Under the pieces are notes generated by a model. That model saw only the letters and a list, made by a program, of their open reading frames with translations, made no database searches and had not been told where the DNA came from. Shown here one piece after another: positions 38,197 through 47,474 of a DNA stretch of 64,000 nucleotides; position 1 is the stretch's first letter; every line of letters begins with the position of its first letter. The position numbers were made by a program, and so were the translations under genes. This DNA is from an uncultured Candidatus Saccharibacteria bacterium (GTDB lineage: Bacteria > Patescibacteriota > Minisyncoccia > Phycocordibacterales > CAZNKJ01): positions 4,787 through 68,786 of the forward strand of contig CAZNKJ010000003.1 of assembly GCA_964574145.1 (NCBI GenBank), written 5' to 3'.

Positions 38197-38428
38197 ATCT
38201 TTATATTGCCACAGGATGCTGAGATAAACTATAAGCGTTGTTAAGATATAAAAAAGCTCCTTTTGTAGATTATTTTCAAATAATTCATTTATACTCAAAG
38301 AGTCTATTGAATGAGACATATATATCTGTTACGGTACAGCATTAAAGTACTGTGTTTTATGTTCACGTAGGTGTTATGAGTAATATAGGAGTTTGAATAA
38401 AGATAAACAAGATAAACAAGAGAATACT

Positions 38429-38863
38429 ATGGCAAAACAAGGAAAAAAAATAACTAAGAAAAAAGCGAAAAAGAAACACATATCAAAAAAAGTTTCTGTA
38501 AAACGCTCTAGAGCAGGGCTAGGGCTTTTTATTGAGGAAGATGTACATAAGGGTGAGTTTATTATTGAATATACAGGAGAAATTATTTCTACTGAAGAAT
38601 CTGACAGAAGAGGGGGAAAATATTTATTTGAGCTATCTTCAAAGCGGCGTGTTGATGGTAAAAGCAGAAAGAATTTGGCGCGTTATATCAATCATTCGTG
38701 TCGCCCTAACTGTGATACGGAGGTAAAAGGTAGTCGCATTTTTGTTATGGCACGAAGAAAAATACTTTCTGGTGAAGAATTATCGTATGACTATGGTAAA
38801 GAATATGTTGATGAGCATATAAAACCATTTGGCTGTAAATGTTTGCGTTGTTTAGGGCGATAA
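38429..38863 (+). CDS. SET-domain protein-lysine methyltransferase
   Basis: GLGLF, FIIEYTGE, ARYINHSCRPNC, GEELSYDYG, post-SET CKCLRC; Lys-rich N-terminus. Confidence 0.95.
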   Translation: MAKQGKKITKKKAKKKHISKKVSVKRSRAGLGLFIEEDVHKGEFIIEYTGEIISTEESDRRGGKYLFELSSKRRVDGKSRKNLARYINHSCRPNCDTEVKGSRIFVMARRKILSGEELSYDYGKEYVDEHIKPFGCKCLRCLGR

Positions 38864-39140
38864 AATTTTAGGCACTCAAACAGAGAGATTAGCTATTCTT
38901 TATAAGAGCCGTGAACCATTCCAAAGAGTGGTATACGCATAGAAAACGGACATCTGGTAATAGATGTCCGATTTATTGCTTTTATTTTTTTATAATAAAG
39001 GTAGAGATACAATCTATCTCTCCTAAATTAATTATTTTCTAAAGTTATGTGTGTCGTACATTTGTAGACTATAAGAAATTACAAAAACAGACACTATTTT
39101 TTCATAGAGTCGTTGTCGTGATCGTTTTATATAAAACCGT

Positions 39141-39260
39141 TTATTTACGTTTTTTGCTGGCTTTTTTAGCCAACATTGCATTTTTTACAGCGAGCCGTTT
39201 TTTGGTTTTATGTGAACGAGATGTTTTCATTTTTCCCACCCCTGTACTTCTTTTTGCCAT
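39141..39260 (-). CDS. Unannotated 39-aa highly basic peptide
   Basis: Hand translation MAKRSTGVGKMKTSRSHKTKKRLAVKNAMLAKKASKKRK-stop; TATAAT 7 nt upstream of the ATG, as for several core genes here. Confidence 0.65.
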   Translation of the reverse strand: MAKRSTGVGKMKTSRSHKTKKRLAVKNAMLAKKASKKRK

Positions 39261-39344
39261 ATGTATGATTATACACTATTAAATCATCTAAAAGATATTA
39301 TTTTTACATCGTTTAATGTGAGATCTCTATTTTATTATGTCGGA

Positions 39345-39391
39345 ATAGATTTCAGTATATAGTCAAAGTTTGACTATATACTGAAATCTAT
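39345..39391. repeat. Perfect 47-bp palindrome (23-bp arms) overlapping the putative typA -35
   Basis: atagatttcagtatatagtcaaa-g-tttgactatatactgaaatctat. Confidence 0.9.
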
Positions 39392-39466
39392 GGTATTTTA
39401 TAGGTTCTGGCGCGCTAGCTCAGCGTGCCTTTTATCTTGTTTTTAAAAAGATATTTTAAAATAACT

Positions 39467-41248
39467 ATGGAAATTAGGAACATCGCTATTATTGCTCACG
39501 TTGATCACGGAAAAACAACCTTGACGGATGGGATTATGCGTCAGACAGGTATGTTTGATGAAGGCATGAGTATGGACACAAACGTTCTTGAACAGGAACG
39601 CGGTATTACTATTTATGCAAAAAATACCACTGCTTATTATAAAGATACGAAAATAAATATTATAGACACACCAGGGCACGCTGATTTTGGTTCAGAAGTA
39701 GAGCGCGTATTGCGTTCCATTGATTCGGTGCTTTTAGTGGTTGATGCACAAGAGGGACCTATGCCTCAGACACGTTTTGTTCTTAAAAAGTCACTAGAGC
39801 TAGGGCTCAAACCAATAGTTGTTTTAAATAAAATTGACAAGCCAGCCGCTAACCCTGAACGTGCAGAAGAGCAGGTGTTAGAACTTTTTATGGAACTTGG
39901 AGCAAATGAAGAACAGCTTGATTTCACCACAGTATATGCGATAGGCCGTGATGGTATAGCAAAGAAAAAACTTGAAGATGACTCCAGTGATCTTTCACCT
40001 CTTCTTGATATTATTCTTGAGAAGGTTCCTATTGCCAGCGGAAGCTCATCTGCTCCGTTGAAAGCTCAGGTCTTTAATTTAGGCTATGATAATTTCCTAG
40101 GAAGATTGGCTGTTGTGCGTGTATATGACGGAAAGTTAAAGTCTGGGAATAATGTGTATGTGAAGAAGCCAGACGGAGAAATCCGGTCTGGGAAAATCAC
40201 TAAGATTTTTAGTTTTAGGGGGGTAAGTCGTGAAGAGATTACCGAAGCTGAAGTGGGGGATATTGTTTTAGTTGCTGGTTTTCCAGATATTTATATAGGA
40301 GAAACTATCATTGATATTGAAACAACAGAACCTTTCTCGGCCATTGTTATTGATGAGCCAACGATCACTCTTGATTTCTTAGTTAATGACTCTCCTTTTG
40401 CAGGACGAGTTGGTAAGTACGTAACAGGACGTCAAATAGGTGAACGTCTTGAGAAAGAGCTTGAGGTTAATGTTGGTCTTCAGGTAGATCTTTCGGGTAA
40501 TGCCCCTTTTAAAGTTGCGGGTCGTGGAGAATTACATATTGCTATTTTACTTGAGAACATGAGGCGTGAAGGGTATGAGTTACAAGTTTCTCAGCCACAG
40601 ATTATTGTTAAAGAGGTGGAAGGTGTAAAGATGGAACCTTTTGAGGAGGTCATTGTTGATATACCAAGTGAATTCCAAGGTGCCGTTATAGAACGTCTTG
40701 GAAACCGCAAGGCATTACTTCAAAATGTTGTCCAGCATGACAATATAATTCGTCTTACTTTTGAGATTCCTACACGAGGTCTCTTAGGGTATAGAGGTCA
40801 ATTTATGATAGAGACAAAAGGAGAAGGTATTTTGTCTAGCCGTGTTATTGGTTTTAAGGCCCATGCAGGAGAAATTGAGAAAAGACAAACTGGGTCTATG
40901 ACCTCTATGGTTTCTGGAAAAGCGCTTGGTTTTTCTCTTGCTAATCTTCAGGATAGAGGAGAGCTCTATATAGGAGCAAATACTGAGGTGTATGAAGGTA
41001 TGGTAATAGGTAATACGTCAAAAGGTAATGAAATGGTTGTTAATCCTATAAAAGGAAAACAGCTTACAAACATGAGAGCGTCTGGGTCTGATGATAATAT
41101 TAAACTAGTGCCTCCCAAAGAAATAACTATAGAGAGTGGTCTAGAAATAGTATCCCACGACGAGTATCTGGAAGTTACTCCTGACAGTGTCCGCCTGCGT
41201 AAAAAAAGTCTCACAGAAAATGAGCGAGTAAAGGGGAAGCGAGTCTAA
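39467..41248 (+). CDS. typA: Translational GTPase TypA/BipA
   Basis: [55 protein letters not shown]. Confidence 0.98.
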   Translation: MEIRNIAIIAHVDHGKTTLTDGIMRQTGMFDEGMSMDTNVLEQERGITIYAKNTTAYYKDTKINIIDTPGHADFGSEVERVLRSIDSVLLVVDAQEGPMPQTRFVLKKSLELGLKPIVVLNKIDKPAANPERAEEQVLELFMELGANEEQLDFTTVYAIGRDGIAKKKLEDDSSDLSPLLDIILEKVPIASGSSSAPLKAQVFNLGYDNFLGRLAVVRVYDGKLKSGNNVYVKKPDGEIRSGKITKIFSFRGVSREEITEAEVGDIVLVAGFPDIYIGETIIDIETTEPFSAIVIDEPTITLDFLVNDSPFAGRVGKYVTGRQIGERLEKELEVNVGLQVDLSGNAPFKVAGRGELHIAILLENMRREGYELQVSQPQIIVKEVEGVKMEPFEEVIVDIPSEFQGAVIERLGNRKALLQNVVQHDNIIRLTFEIPTRGLLGYRGQFMIETKGEGILSSRVIGFKAHAGEIEKRQTGSMTSMVSGKALGFSLANLQDRGELYIGANTEVYEGMVIGNTSKGNEMVVNPIKGKQLTNMRASGSDDNIKLVPPKEITIESGLEIVSHDEYLEVTPDSVRLRKKSLTENERVKGKRV

Positions 41249-41427
41249 AAAAAGTTTCTATAGGTTTCTTGGTTGTGTATTTGAGTGGTATTTAGGTATC
41301 TGCGTTTTTGGAATTTTTTATAAACGCATATTTACCACCTCCGATGTGAGGAGTACACTATATAGAGTTTGGAAGGAAAACAATGGCTAGTTTTTAAAAT
41401 ATTAGACTTACTCTACTTAGTTTTTTT

Positions 41428-42009
41428 ATGAAGAAAATTTTATCATCGGCTTTGTACATATTAACGTTTGTTGTATATGTTGTTACTCGCGCTTTCTCGT
41501 CTACATTACCGGTAAGTTCTAACATATCAGAGGTTGTGTCTGTGCCAGACTCTATAATCATTTACGACTCAACTGTAAAAAAGCGGACAGCTATCCCAAA
41601 TACCCCAGCGTTTAGAGTAGAGGTTGTTAAGTCAGGTAAAACAAAAGATAAGGTTACCAAAACATCTTCCGTGTTAGTGAAACCGGAGACTATTATACAG
41701 TCTACTCCACCGCAGATGCACAAAGGAGTCTATTTGGATGGTATTTATACTGGTTCGTTAGCTGACGCTTACTATGAAAAATTTCAAGTACGAGTAGAAA
41801 TTAAAAATGGTGTAATTGCAAAAGTTTACCCACTGCCATACAAGCAAAACAATAATACTTCTAGGTACATCAATGGTTATGCCATGCCAGTCCTCCGTTC
41901 CGAGGCGCTTACAGCACAAAGCGCAAATGTAGATATTATTTCTGGCGCAACAGAAACGAGCAGGGCTTTTCGTACATCTCTTACCTCTGCTTTACTGAAA
42001 GCCTCATAG
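41428..42009 (+). CDS. Extracytosolic FMN-binding domain protein
   Basis: N-terminal TM; C-terminal DGIYTG...VDIISGATETS flavinylation motif. Confidence 0.9.
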   Translation: MKKILSSALYILTFVVYVVTRAFSSTLPVSSNISEVVSVPDSIIIYDSTVKKRTAIPNTPAFRVEVVKSGKTKDKVTKTSSVLVKPETIIQSTPPQMHKGVYLDGIYTGSLADAYYEKFQVRVEIKNGVIAKVYPLPYKQNNNTSRYINGYAMPVLRSEALTAQSANVDIISGATETSRAFRTSLTSALLKAS

Positions 42010-42014
42010 CTGAC

Positions 42015-42770
42015 ATGAAAAGATTCAAAGACACACGAGACATTATGGGTATGCCGATTTCGGTTGAGATTGTTGGTTTGTATGCAACTCGTTCTATTCT
42101 TGACGAAGTATTTGCACATTTTACTCATATAGATAAAGTTTTTAGTACATATAAAGCGGAGAGTGAAGTGTCTCGCATAAATCGTGGTGAGCTAATGCTT
42201 GAGAATGCTAGCGATGAAGTGAGAGGAGTTTATAAAGCCGCGGAAGAAACCTGTAAAGAAACAGGTGGATATTTTAACCACTGTACCCCTGATGGGTCTG
42301 TGGACCCGTCAGGAATCGTAAAAGGTTTATCTATACAACAAGCAGCAGATCTTTTGAAGAGTCGTAATATCGAGAATTTTTGTATAGATGCGGGTGGTGA
42401 TATCCAAACCGGAGGAGTTAACGCAAAAGGTGAGCAATGGTCTGTTGGTATTAGACATCCATTTGAGTTAGATAAAATAGTGAAAATCATATATCCGCAT
42501 GGCAAAGGGGTTGCAACCTCAGGTACATATATACGTGGCGAGCATATCTATGATCCGACCACAGGTTTTCCAGTGAAGACTCCTTTTGTTAGTTTGACCG
42601 TAGTTGGTTCGGGTATCTATGATGCAGATCGTTTTGCTACCACAGCATTTGCTATGGGTAAACGAGGTGTGGAGTACATAGAGTCATTAACGGGGTACGA
42701 AGGATATGCCATTACCCGTGAAGGGGAGACGAGTCTTACTAGCAATTTTAATTATTACACCAAATTATGA
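42015..42770 (+). CDS. apbE: FAD:protein FMN transferase
   Basis: FSTYKAESEVSRIN, DPSGIVKG, DAGGDI, VATSGTYIRG, ADRFATTAF. Confidence 0.95.
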   Translation: MKRFKDTRDIMGMPISVEIVGLYATRSILDEVFAHFTHIDKVFSTYKAESEVSRINRGELMLENASDEVRGVYKAAEETCKETGGYFNHCTPDGSVDPSGIVKGLSIQQAADLLKSRNIENFCIDAGGDIQTGGVNAKGEQWSVGIRHPFELDKIVKIIYPHGKGVATSGTYIRGEHIYDPTTGFPVKTPFVSLTVVGSGIYDADRFATTAFAMGKRGVEYIESLTGYEGYAITREGETSLTSNFNYYTKL

Positions 42771-44278
42771 ATATAGTAGATCGTTTTTTAAATCGTATCA
42801 CTATGTATCGGCTGGTGTTGTATGTGCTGATATCTTTTTTGGTTTTTGCAGGAGTAGTAAGTATTTTCGGATTTCTTTCTTTTTCTCCAATTTATTTAGC
42901 GTGGTCAGTGGCCCTTATTTTAGTCATCTCTTTGGTAAGTAATATTATTTTTGCAAAGATATTTGACGCACCGTGCAATTCGGAATCAACATATATCTCA
43001 GCTCTCATTCTCGCCCTCATTCTTGCCCCACCGACTTCGTTCGTAGATCTTAATTTTTTGTCATTAGTCTTTTGGGCTGCTACATGGGCTGTTGCCTCAA
43101 AGTATATATTTGCTATTGGCAACAAACATCTCTTCAACCCAGCGGCGTTTGGTGTTGTTATGACAGCCTTTTTTCTTACACAGTCGGCAGTTTGGTGGAT
43201 AGGTACCAGTATAATGATGCCGGTTGTTCTTATTGGAGGACTGCTTGTGGTTCGTAAAATTAGACGTTTTGACCTGGTACTTTCTTTTCTTGCGGTTTCT
43301 TCCCTTGTGATTATGGTACCAGCTCTTGTTTATGATGTTGGAATCACAGCAAGTATTATGCGTGCTTTTGTGTATGTACCAACAATATTTCTAGCGACTA
43401 TTATGCTCACTGAGCCTTTAACAACTCCGCCAACACGAATAAAGCGTATTTTCTATGGTGCTGGTGTAGGACTACTCTTTTTCCCTGGATTTCATATTTT
43501 TAGTTTATACATTACTCCCGAGATAGCGCTTCTGGCTGGCAACTTATTTGCCTATATCATAAGTTCTAAAGTTAAACTTATCTTAACTCTTGTCGATCGT
43601 ATAAAATTGGCTCCCAATGTATATGAATTTGTCTTTACACCTAATCGCAGCCTAGCATTCTCATCCGGACAATATCTCGAGTGGACGCTAGCGCACAAAG
43701 CATATGATTCTCGCGGAATTCGGCGACATTTTACTATAGCCTCAGCTCCCACGGATAATACTATACGTCTTGGTGTAAAATTTTACACACCAGCAAGTTC
43801 GTTCAAAAAAACCTTGATGTCTTTGCGTCGAGGAAACACGTTGGTAGCCTCGCAACTTTCAGGGGATTTTGTTATGCCAAAAGATAAAAACAAAAAACTC
43901 GTATTTATTGCTGGCGGTATAGGTATAACTCCGTTTATAAGTATGATACGTGGTCTTAAAGATACTAATAAGTTTCGTGACATTGTACTTCTTTATGCAA
44001 ATAAGATGTCAAAAGATACTGCTTATCAAGATATATTGGAAACTTCGTCAGCGAATGGGGTGCGTACAGTGTATGCTTTTGAGAATGAGCCGGAAGTTTC
44101 AGGCGGAATAGCTACTATTAACGCAGACGTTATCCGCGAGCAAGTGCCAGATTTCTTAGAACGAATCTTTTACATATCTGGACCACATGGCATGGTGGTA
44201 GGAATAGGGCGTGTATTGCGGGAGATGGGAGTTCCTTCGTCACATGTCAATTCCGATTATTTTCCAGGTTTTGCTTAA
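42767..44278 (+). CDS. RnfD/NqrB-like membrane domain fused to FAD/NAD(P)-binding oxidoreductase
   Basis: SKY...HLFNPAAFG, MLTEPLTTP membrane motifs; RHFTIAS and IAGGIGITPF FNR-family motifs. Confidence 0.9.
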   Translation: MNIVDRFLNRITMYRLVLYVLISFLVFAGVVSIFGFLSFSPIYLAWSVALILVISLVSNIIFAKIFDAPCNSESTYISALILALILAPPTSFVDLNFLSLVFWAATWAVASKYIFAIGNKHLFNPAAFGVVMTAFFLTQSAVWWIGTSIMMPVVLIGGLLVVRKIRRFDLVLSFLAVSSLVIMVPALVYDVGITASIMRAFVYVPTIFLATIMLTEPLTTPPTRIKRIFYGAGVGLLFFPGFHIFSLYITPEIALLAGNLFAYIISSKVKLILTLVDRIKLAPNVYEFVFTPNRSLAFSSGQYLEWTLAHKAYDSRGIRRHFTIASAPTDNTIRLGVKFYTPASSFKKTLMSLRRGNTLVASQLSGDFVMPKDKNKKLVFIAGGIGITPFISMIRGLKDTNKFRDIVLLYANKMSKDTAYQDILETSSANGVRTVYAFENEPEVSGGIATINADVIREQVPDFLERIFYISGPHGMVVGIGRVLREMGVPSSHVNSDYFPGFA

Positions 44279-44534
44279 GTTACTAGTAGATTCTAAGTAA
44301 AATTATCCACAATGTGTTTTACATCGTTATATGGTAGACATAGTAATAGTGGTTCTTAAATAACATAGCCATACTGATAAAACCATCTAGGGTGGCTGAA
44401 GACGATACTTGAATTTCAAGCAGAAGAAGGTCCTTTGGTAGAGGAATTAAAATAAATCTTGGGAGATGTGTCAGGTGAAGACAAGAAATGACCACAGCTC
44501 AAGATAGTCACTTGGAAAGAAAGGATGTTTTGTT

Positions 44535-45008
44535 ATGGAGATACATGCTAGCGAGTCTTTTTGTCAAAAAAACAACATAGTCTCATATCGGGCATTATTT
44601 TTCTTTGTGGTTTTTTTACTCGGAGTTTTGCCCACTCCTGTCAATGCAGAAAAACAACAAAGGAAATTTGTTAAGAATGAAATTATTTACATAACTGCGC
44701 TTTCTTGTGACACACAAGAGCAGGTAGAAGATATTTTTTCTACCTTAGTTATTTATGGGCGGAATGTTGGACGGAAGAAGTATCTTGAGTATGTTCAAAA
44801 AATAAATAAAGAAGGATTACCGTCATGTAGTTATTCTCATTTTTATGCAAAAGTACTTGAAAAAGTTTCACTTTTTCTGGATGTGGAGTTAGCAGATGGC
44901 GTCATAAGTGATGTTTATATTCTTAAAATACAAACATCTGACGGTAGAGAACTCTATACATCAGCATCGAGGGATGTCATAGAATATTCAAAAGACGATT
45001 CTATTTAG
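44535..45008 (+). CDS. Hypothetical exported protein
   Basis: Signal-peptide-like LFFFVVFLLGVLPTPVNA; no recognised domain. Confidence 0.6.
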   Translation: MEIHASESFCQKNNIVSYRALFFFVVFLLGVLPTPVNAEKQQRKFVKNEIIYITALSCDTQEQVEDIFSTLVIYGRNVGRKKYLEYVQKINKEGLPSCSYSHFYAKVLEKVSLFLDVELADGVISDVYILKIQTSDGRELYTSASRDVIEYSKDDSI

Positions 45009-45099
45009 AAAGCTTTTACTATTTTATTACAACTCTACAAAGCTCGTTGTCAGTAAAGAGAGGTAATTTTTTTTTACCTCTCTTTCTAATTTTATTGAG

Positions 45100-45138
45100 A
45101 ATTTTCCGTTGTCTGCCGTAGGCAGACAACGGAAAATT
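45100..45138. repeat. Perfect 18-bp-stem hairpin
   Basis: aattttccgttgtctgcc-gta-ggcagacaacggaaaatt. Confidence 0.85.
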
Positions 45139-45288
45139 TGTAAGTTGTGCTAATTGACTCTACGTTTTAATCTTGCTTAGATCTCTCAAATAGAAGGGAA
45201 GTAATACAAGAATTTACTACAAATACTCATCTAGTTTAAAACAGCCAGTGCATGAAAATGCACTGGCTGGAAGTTCTTACAGTTTTTC

Positions 45289-45855
45289 TTATGACTTTTT
45301 ATATTTTCTCCAAAGAGGTAAGAAATCTTCTTTGAAAACTGCCATCAGGATTTCATCCCAGTATTGACCGTTTATATAATATTGTTTTGATCTACTTCCT
45401 TCTTCAACATAACCGCATTTTAGAAGGTATGAGTGACTACGCTTATTGAATGCCAAAACGGTTGAGCAGATTTTACGTAGATTTAGGACATTGAAAGCGT
45501 AGTTAAGCATTAACATCTTTGCTTCGGTCCCGTAGCCCTTACCCCAATAGTCTTTTTCACCAATGAGTGCTCCTGTATTTGCTGTTCGGTTTTTCCAATC
45601 AATGTTGTGTATACCCATGGTCCCGATAGGTTTTTCGTCAACAACTATCATCAAGACAAGATTTTGGATTTCCTTGTGTAGATTGTTAAACCACTCGTTC
45701 TCGTTCGCCTCCATCATAGGAAGATAAATGCTGAGAAATTGAGTTACATCAGGGTCATTGATCCATAGGAGAAGAAGAGAAACATCTTCTTTCACAAGTG
45801 GACGAAGCACAACTCTTTTGCCTTTTAAGAATACTATAGATCGTTGGTCAGTCAT
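45289..45855 (-). CDS. GNAT N-acetyltransferase, RimJ/RimL family
   Basis: RVVLRPL, IGEKDYWGKGYGTEA, AFNVLNLRKI, KCGYVEEG. Confidence 0.93.
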   Translation of the reverse strand: MTDQRSIVFLKGKRVVLRPLVKEDVSLLLLWINDPDVTQFLSIYLPMMEANENEWFNNLHKEIQNLVLMIVVDEKPIGTMGIHNIDWKNRTANTGALIGEKDYWGKGYGTEAKMLMLNYAFNVLNLRKICSTVLAFNKRSHSYLLKCGYVEEGSRSKQYYINGQYWDEILMAVFKEDFLPLWRKYKKS

Positions 45856-45894
45856 TACTGTCTCCTTTTGTTTATAAAAGAACTATCCGCTGAA

Positions 45895-46107
45895 TAAAAA
45901 ACTCGGCTTTCTTTCAGCCGAGAGTGTTCTAAATAAAAGAGGTATTTGTTTATTTATGAGAATGTAAAACTATCTCGGCTGAATAAAAATATGCGTGGCA
46001 CAAATGTGTCTATAGACCCACATATTGATGTGTTCATAACGTTTTTATTTAGCTTTTGATATTTCCGTTGCATAAGTACAATATGACATATTTACTATAT
46101 TAGTCAA
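45895..46107 (-). promoter_or_regulatory. Putative leader-peptide transcription attenuator
   Basis: TTGACT-18-TATTGT promoter; 27-aa uORF 46037-45954; terminator 45922-45895; 11-bp antiterminator pairing 45973-45983 with 45913-45923. Confidence 0.75.
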
Positions 46108-46148
46108 TCAGTTTGGATATTCAAAAATTTGGAAGGCTGTTTTGTTTG

Positions 46149-46250
46149 ACTCCGTACACCAAACAGGTTCAGAGCTCTAGATTGGTTAAATATAAAAAGA
46201 GAAGTTGGAGATTTGGGGTTTTTATTATTTAAAGAGAGATTTTTGCTAAA
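46149..46250 (+). repeat. Cassette-boundary site 1
   Basis: actccgtacaccaaacaggttcagagctctagattgg, close to the copy at 53896; tail LRTPNRFRALDW. Confidence 0.85.
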
Positions 46251-46286
46251 AATAAAAACACCCAAAGGGTGTTTTTATTTTAAAAG

Positions 46287-46487
46287 TTAGACTTTGCTAA
46301 CTTTCAATGCGTTTGGTCCTTTATCGCTTTCGCCGATTTCAAAGGTTACTTTGTCTCCTTCACGTAAGTCATTGAAGTCTACTCCCTGAAGTTCGTTTGA
46401 ATGGAAAAAAAGATCTTTCTCCTCTCCTTCTCTAGAGATAAAACCAAAGCCTTTGTCAGTAAGACTGGCAATTGTTCCTTCTGTCAT
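46287..46487 (-). CDS. Cold-shock protein (CspA family)
   Basis: KGFGFI and DLFFH RNP motifs, KGPNA; start MTEGT. Confidence 0.96.
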   Translation of the reverse strand: MTEGTIASLTDKGFGFISREGEEKDLFFHSNELQGVDFNDLREGDKVTFEIGESDKGPNALKVSKV

Positions 46488-46597
46488 TGTTGATATATTA
46501 TTTTGTTTAACAATCAAGACACAGCCTTGTGTAAAACTCGACCACTTTTCCTATGGCTCTGGTCCTGTAGTACAAATATGTCATATTGTATTAATAT

Positions 46598-46640
46598 TGT
46601 CAACGTTTGCTCCGCACAATGAGCTTCCTTAGAACTTCAA
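46598..46640 (+). repeat. Cassette-boundary site 2 (divergent)
   Basis: tgtcaa-5nt-GCTCC then tail LRTMSFLRT. Confidence 0.55.
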
Positions 46641-46715
46641 TTCTGGAAATAGATCAGTTTGAATTGGTGTGTATTCAAAACTACTGGAATGGGTTTTACA
46701 GTGAAAGTACCAAAA

Positions 46716-47189
46716 TTATTTCTTCTCCCAACCAACATAATCTTTAAGTAACTCCGTACATTCTTCCCTTAAAATGCCGCCAGTGACTGACATACTATTT
46801 CCTCCAACCGTGTGCATGTTTTTGGAAGCTTCTTCTGAGCTCCAATTGTCAATTTCATAGTTATTGCCTAGGACGTCCTCACGATAAGCTCCAAAGTATA
46901 CTTCTGAAAGGTTAGCCCATGCAGCTGTACTCATACACATACCACAAGGCTCTAGTGTTCCGTATAAAATATAACCTTCCAAGTCTGTATCATTTAATTT
47001 TTTACAGGCACTCCTAATACAATTGGATTCCCCGTGCCCTGAAGGATCTTTATCAGGCCAAACAGAACTTTCTCCTGTGGCTACAATTTCACCATCTTTT
47101 ACAAGAATGGCTCCAATTGGCATGCCATTATTTTGTTCAGATTCCTTAGCAATTTCAATTGCTTTATGCATACATTCTTCGCGTGTCAT
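46716..47189 (-). CDS. Zinc-dependent nucleoside/nucleotide deaminase (TadA/guanine deaminase-like)
   Basis: PIGAILV, HGE, TLEPCGMC motifs. Confidence 0.9.
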   Translation of the reverse strand: MTREECMHKAIEIAKESEQNNGMPIGAILVKDGEIVATGESSVWPDKDPSGHGESNCIRSACKKLNDTDLEGYILYGTLEPCGMCMSTAAWANLSEVYFGAYREDVLGNNYEIDNWSSEEASKNMHTVGGNSMSVTGGILREECTELLKDYVGWEKK

Positions 47190-47321
47190 ATATAAATTAT
47201 ATCAGAAACTCTATTTCTAATATACAAACGACCCACTGACGTAGGTGGGTCGTTTGCCACCAAATTTGTCTGCTCTAAGGGCTAGATTCTAGCTCATTTA
47301 GTGTAGTATTATTTTGCCTCG

Positions 47322-47346
47322 TGGAAAACGGCGGTGGGATTCGAAC
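47322..47346 (-). other. tRNA 3'-end-like remnant
   Basis: Minus strand reads GTTCGAATCCCACCGCCGTTTTCCA (T-loop to CCA, one nt longer than canonical); no 5' half present. Confidence 0.4.
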
Positions 47347-47474
47347 TTACTAGAAGCGCTCTATCTTAAGCATATAATTTATGATATCGTAGCGACAGAA
47401 GCACCTTTAGGGGTGCCTTTTTGTTTTTTTGACAATTTTCATTTTTTAACCAAGCAAGCTAGGAGGGAATCCTC

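Noticed and set aside
39049-39282. 77-aa plus-strand ORF
   Set aside because: Shadow of the minus-strand basic peptide; no start signals and antisense-like composition.
47371-47430. Purine or ZTP riboswitch upstream of purL
   Set aside because: catataat...gatat resembles the start of a purine aptamer but GTTTCTACC and CCGTAAA are absent; only a simple hairpin with a T-run is supported.
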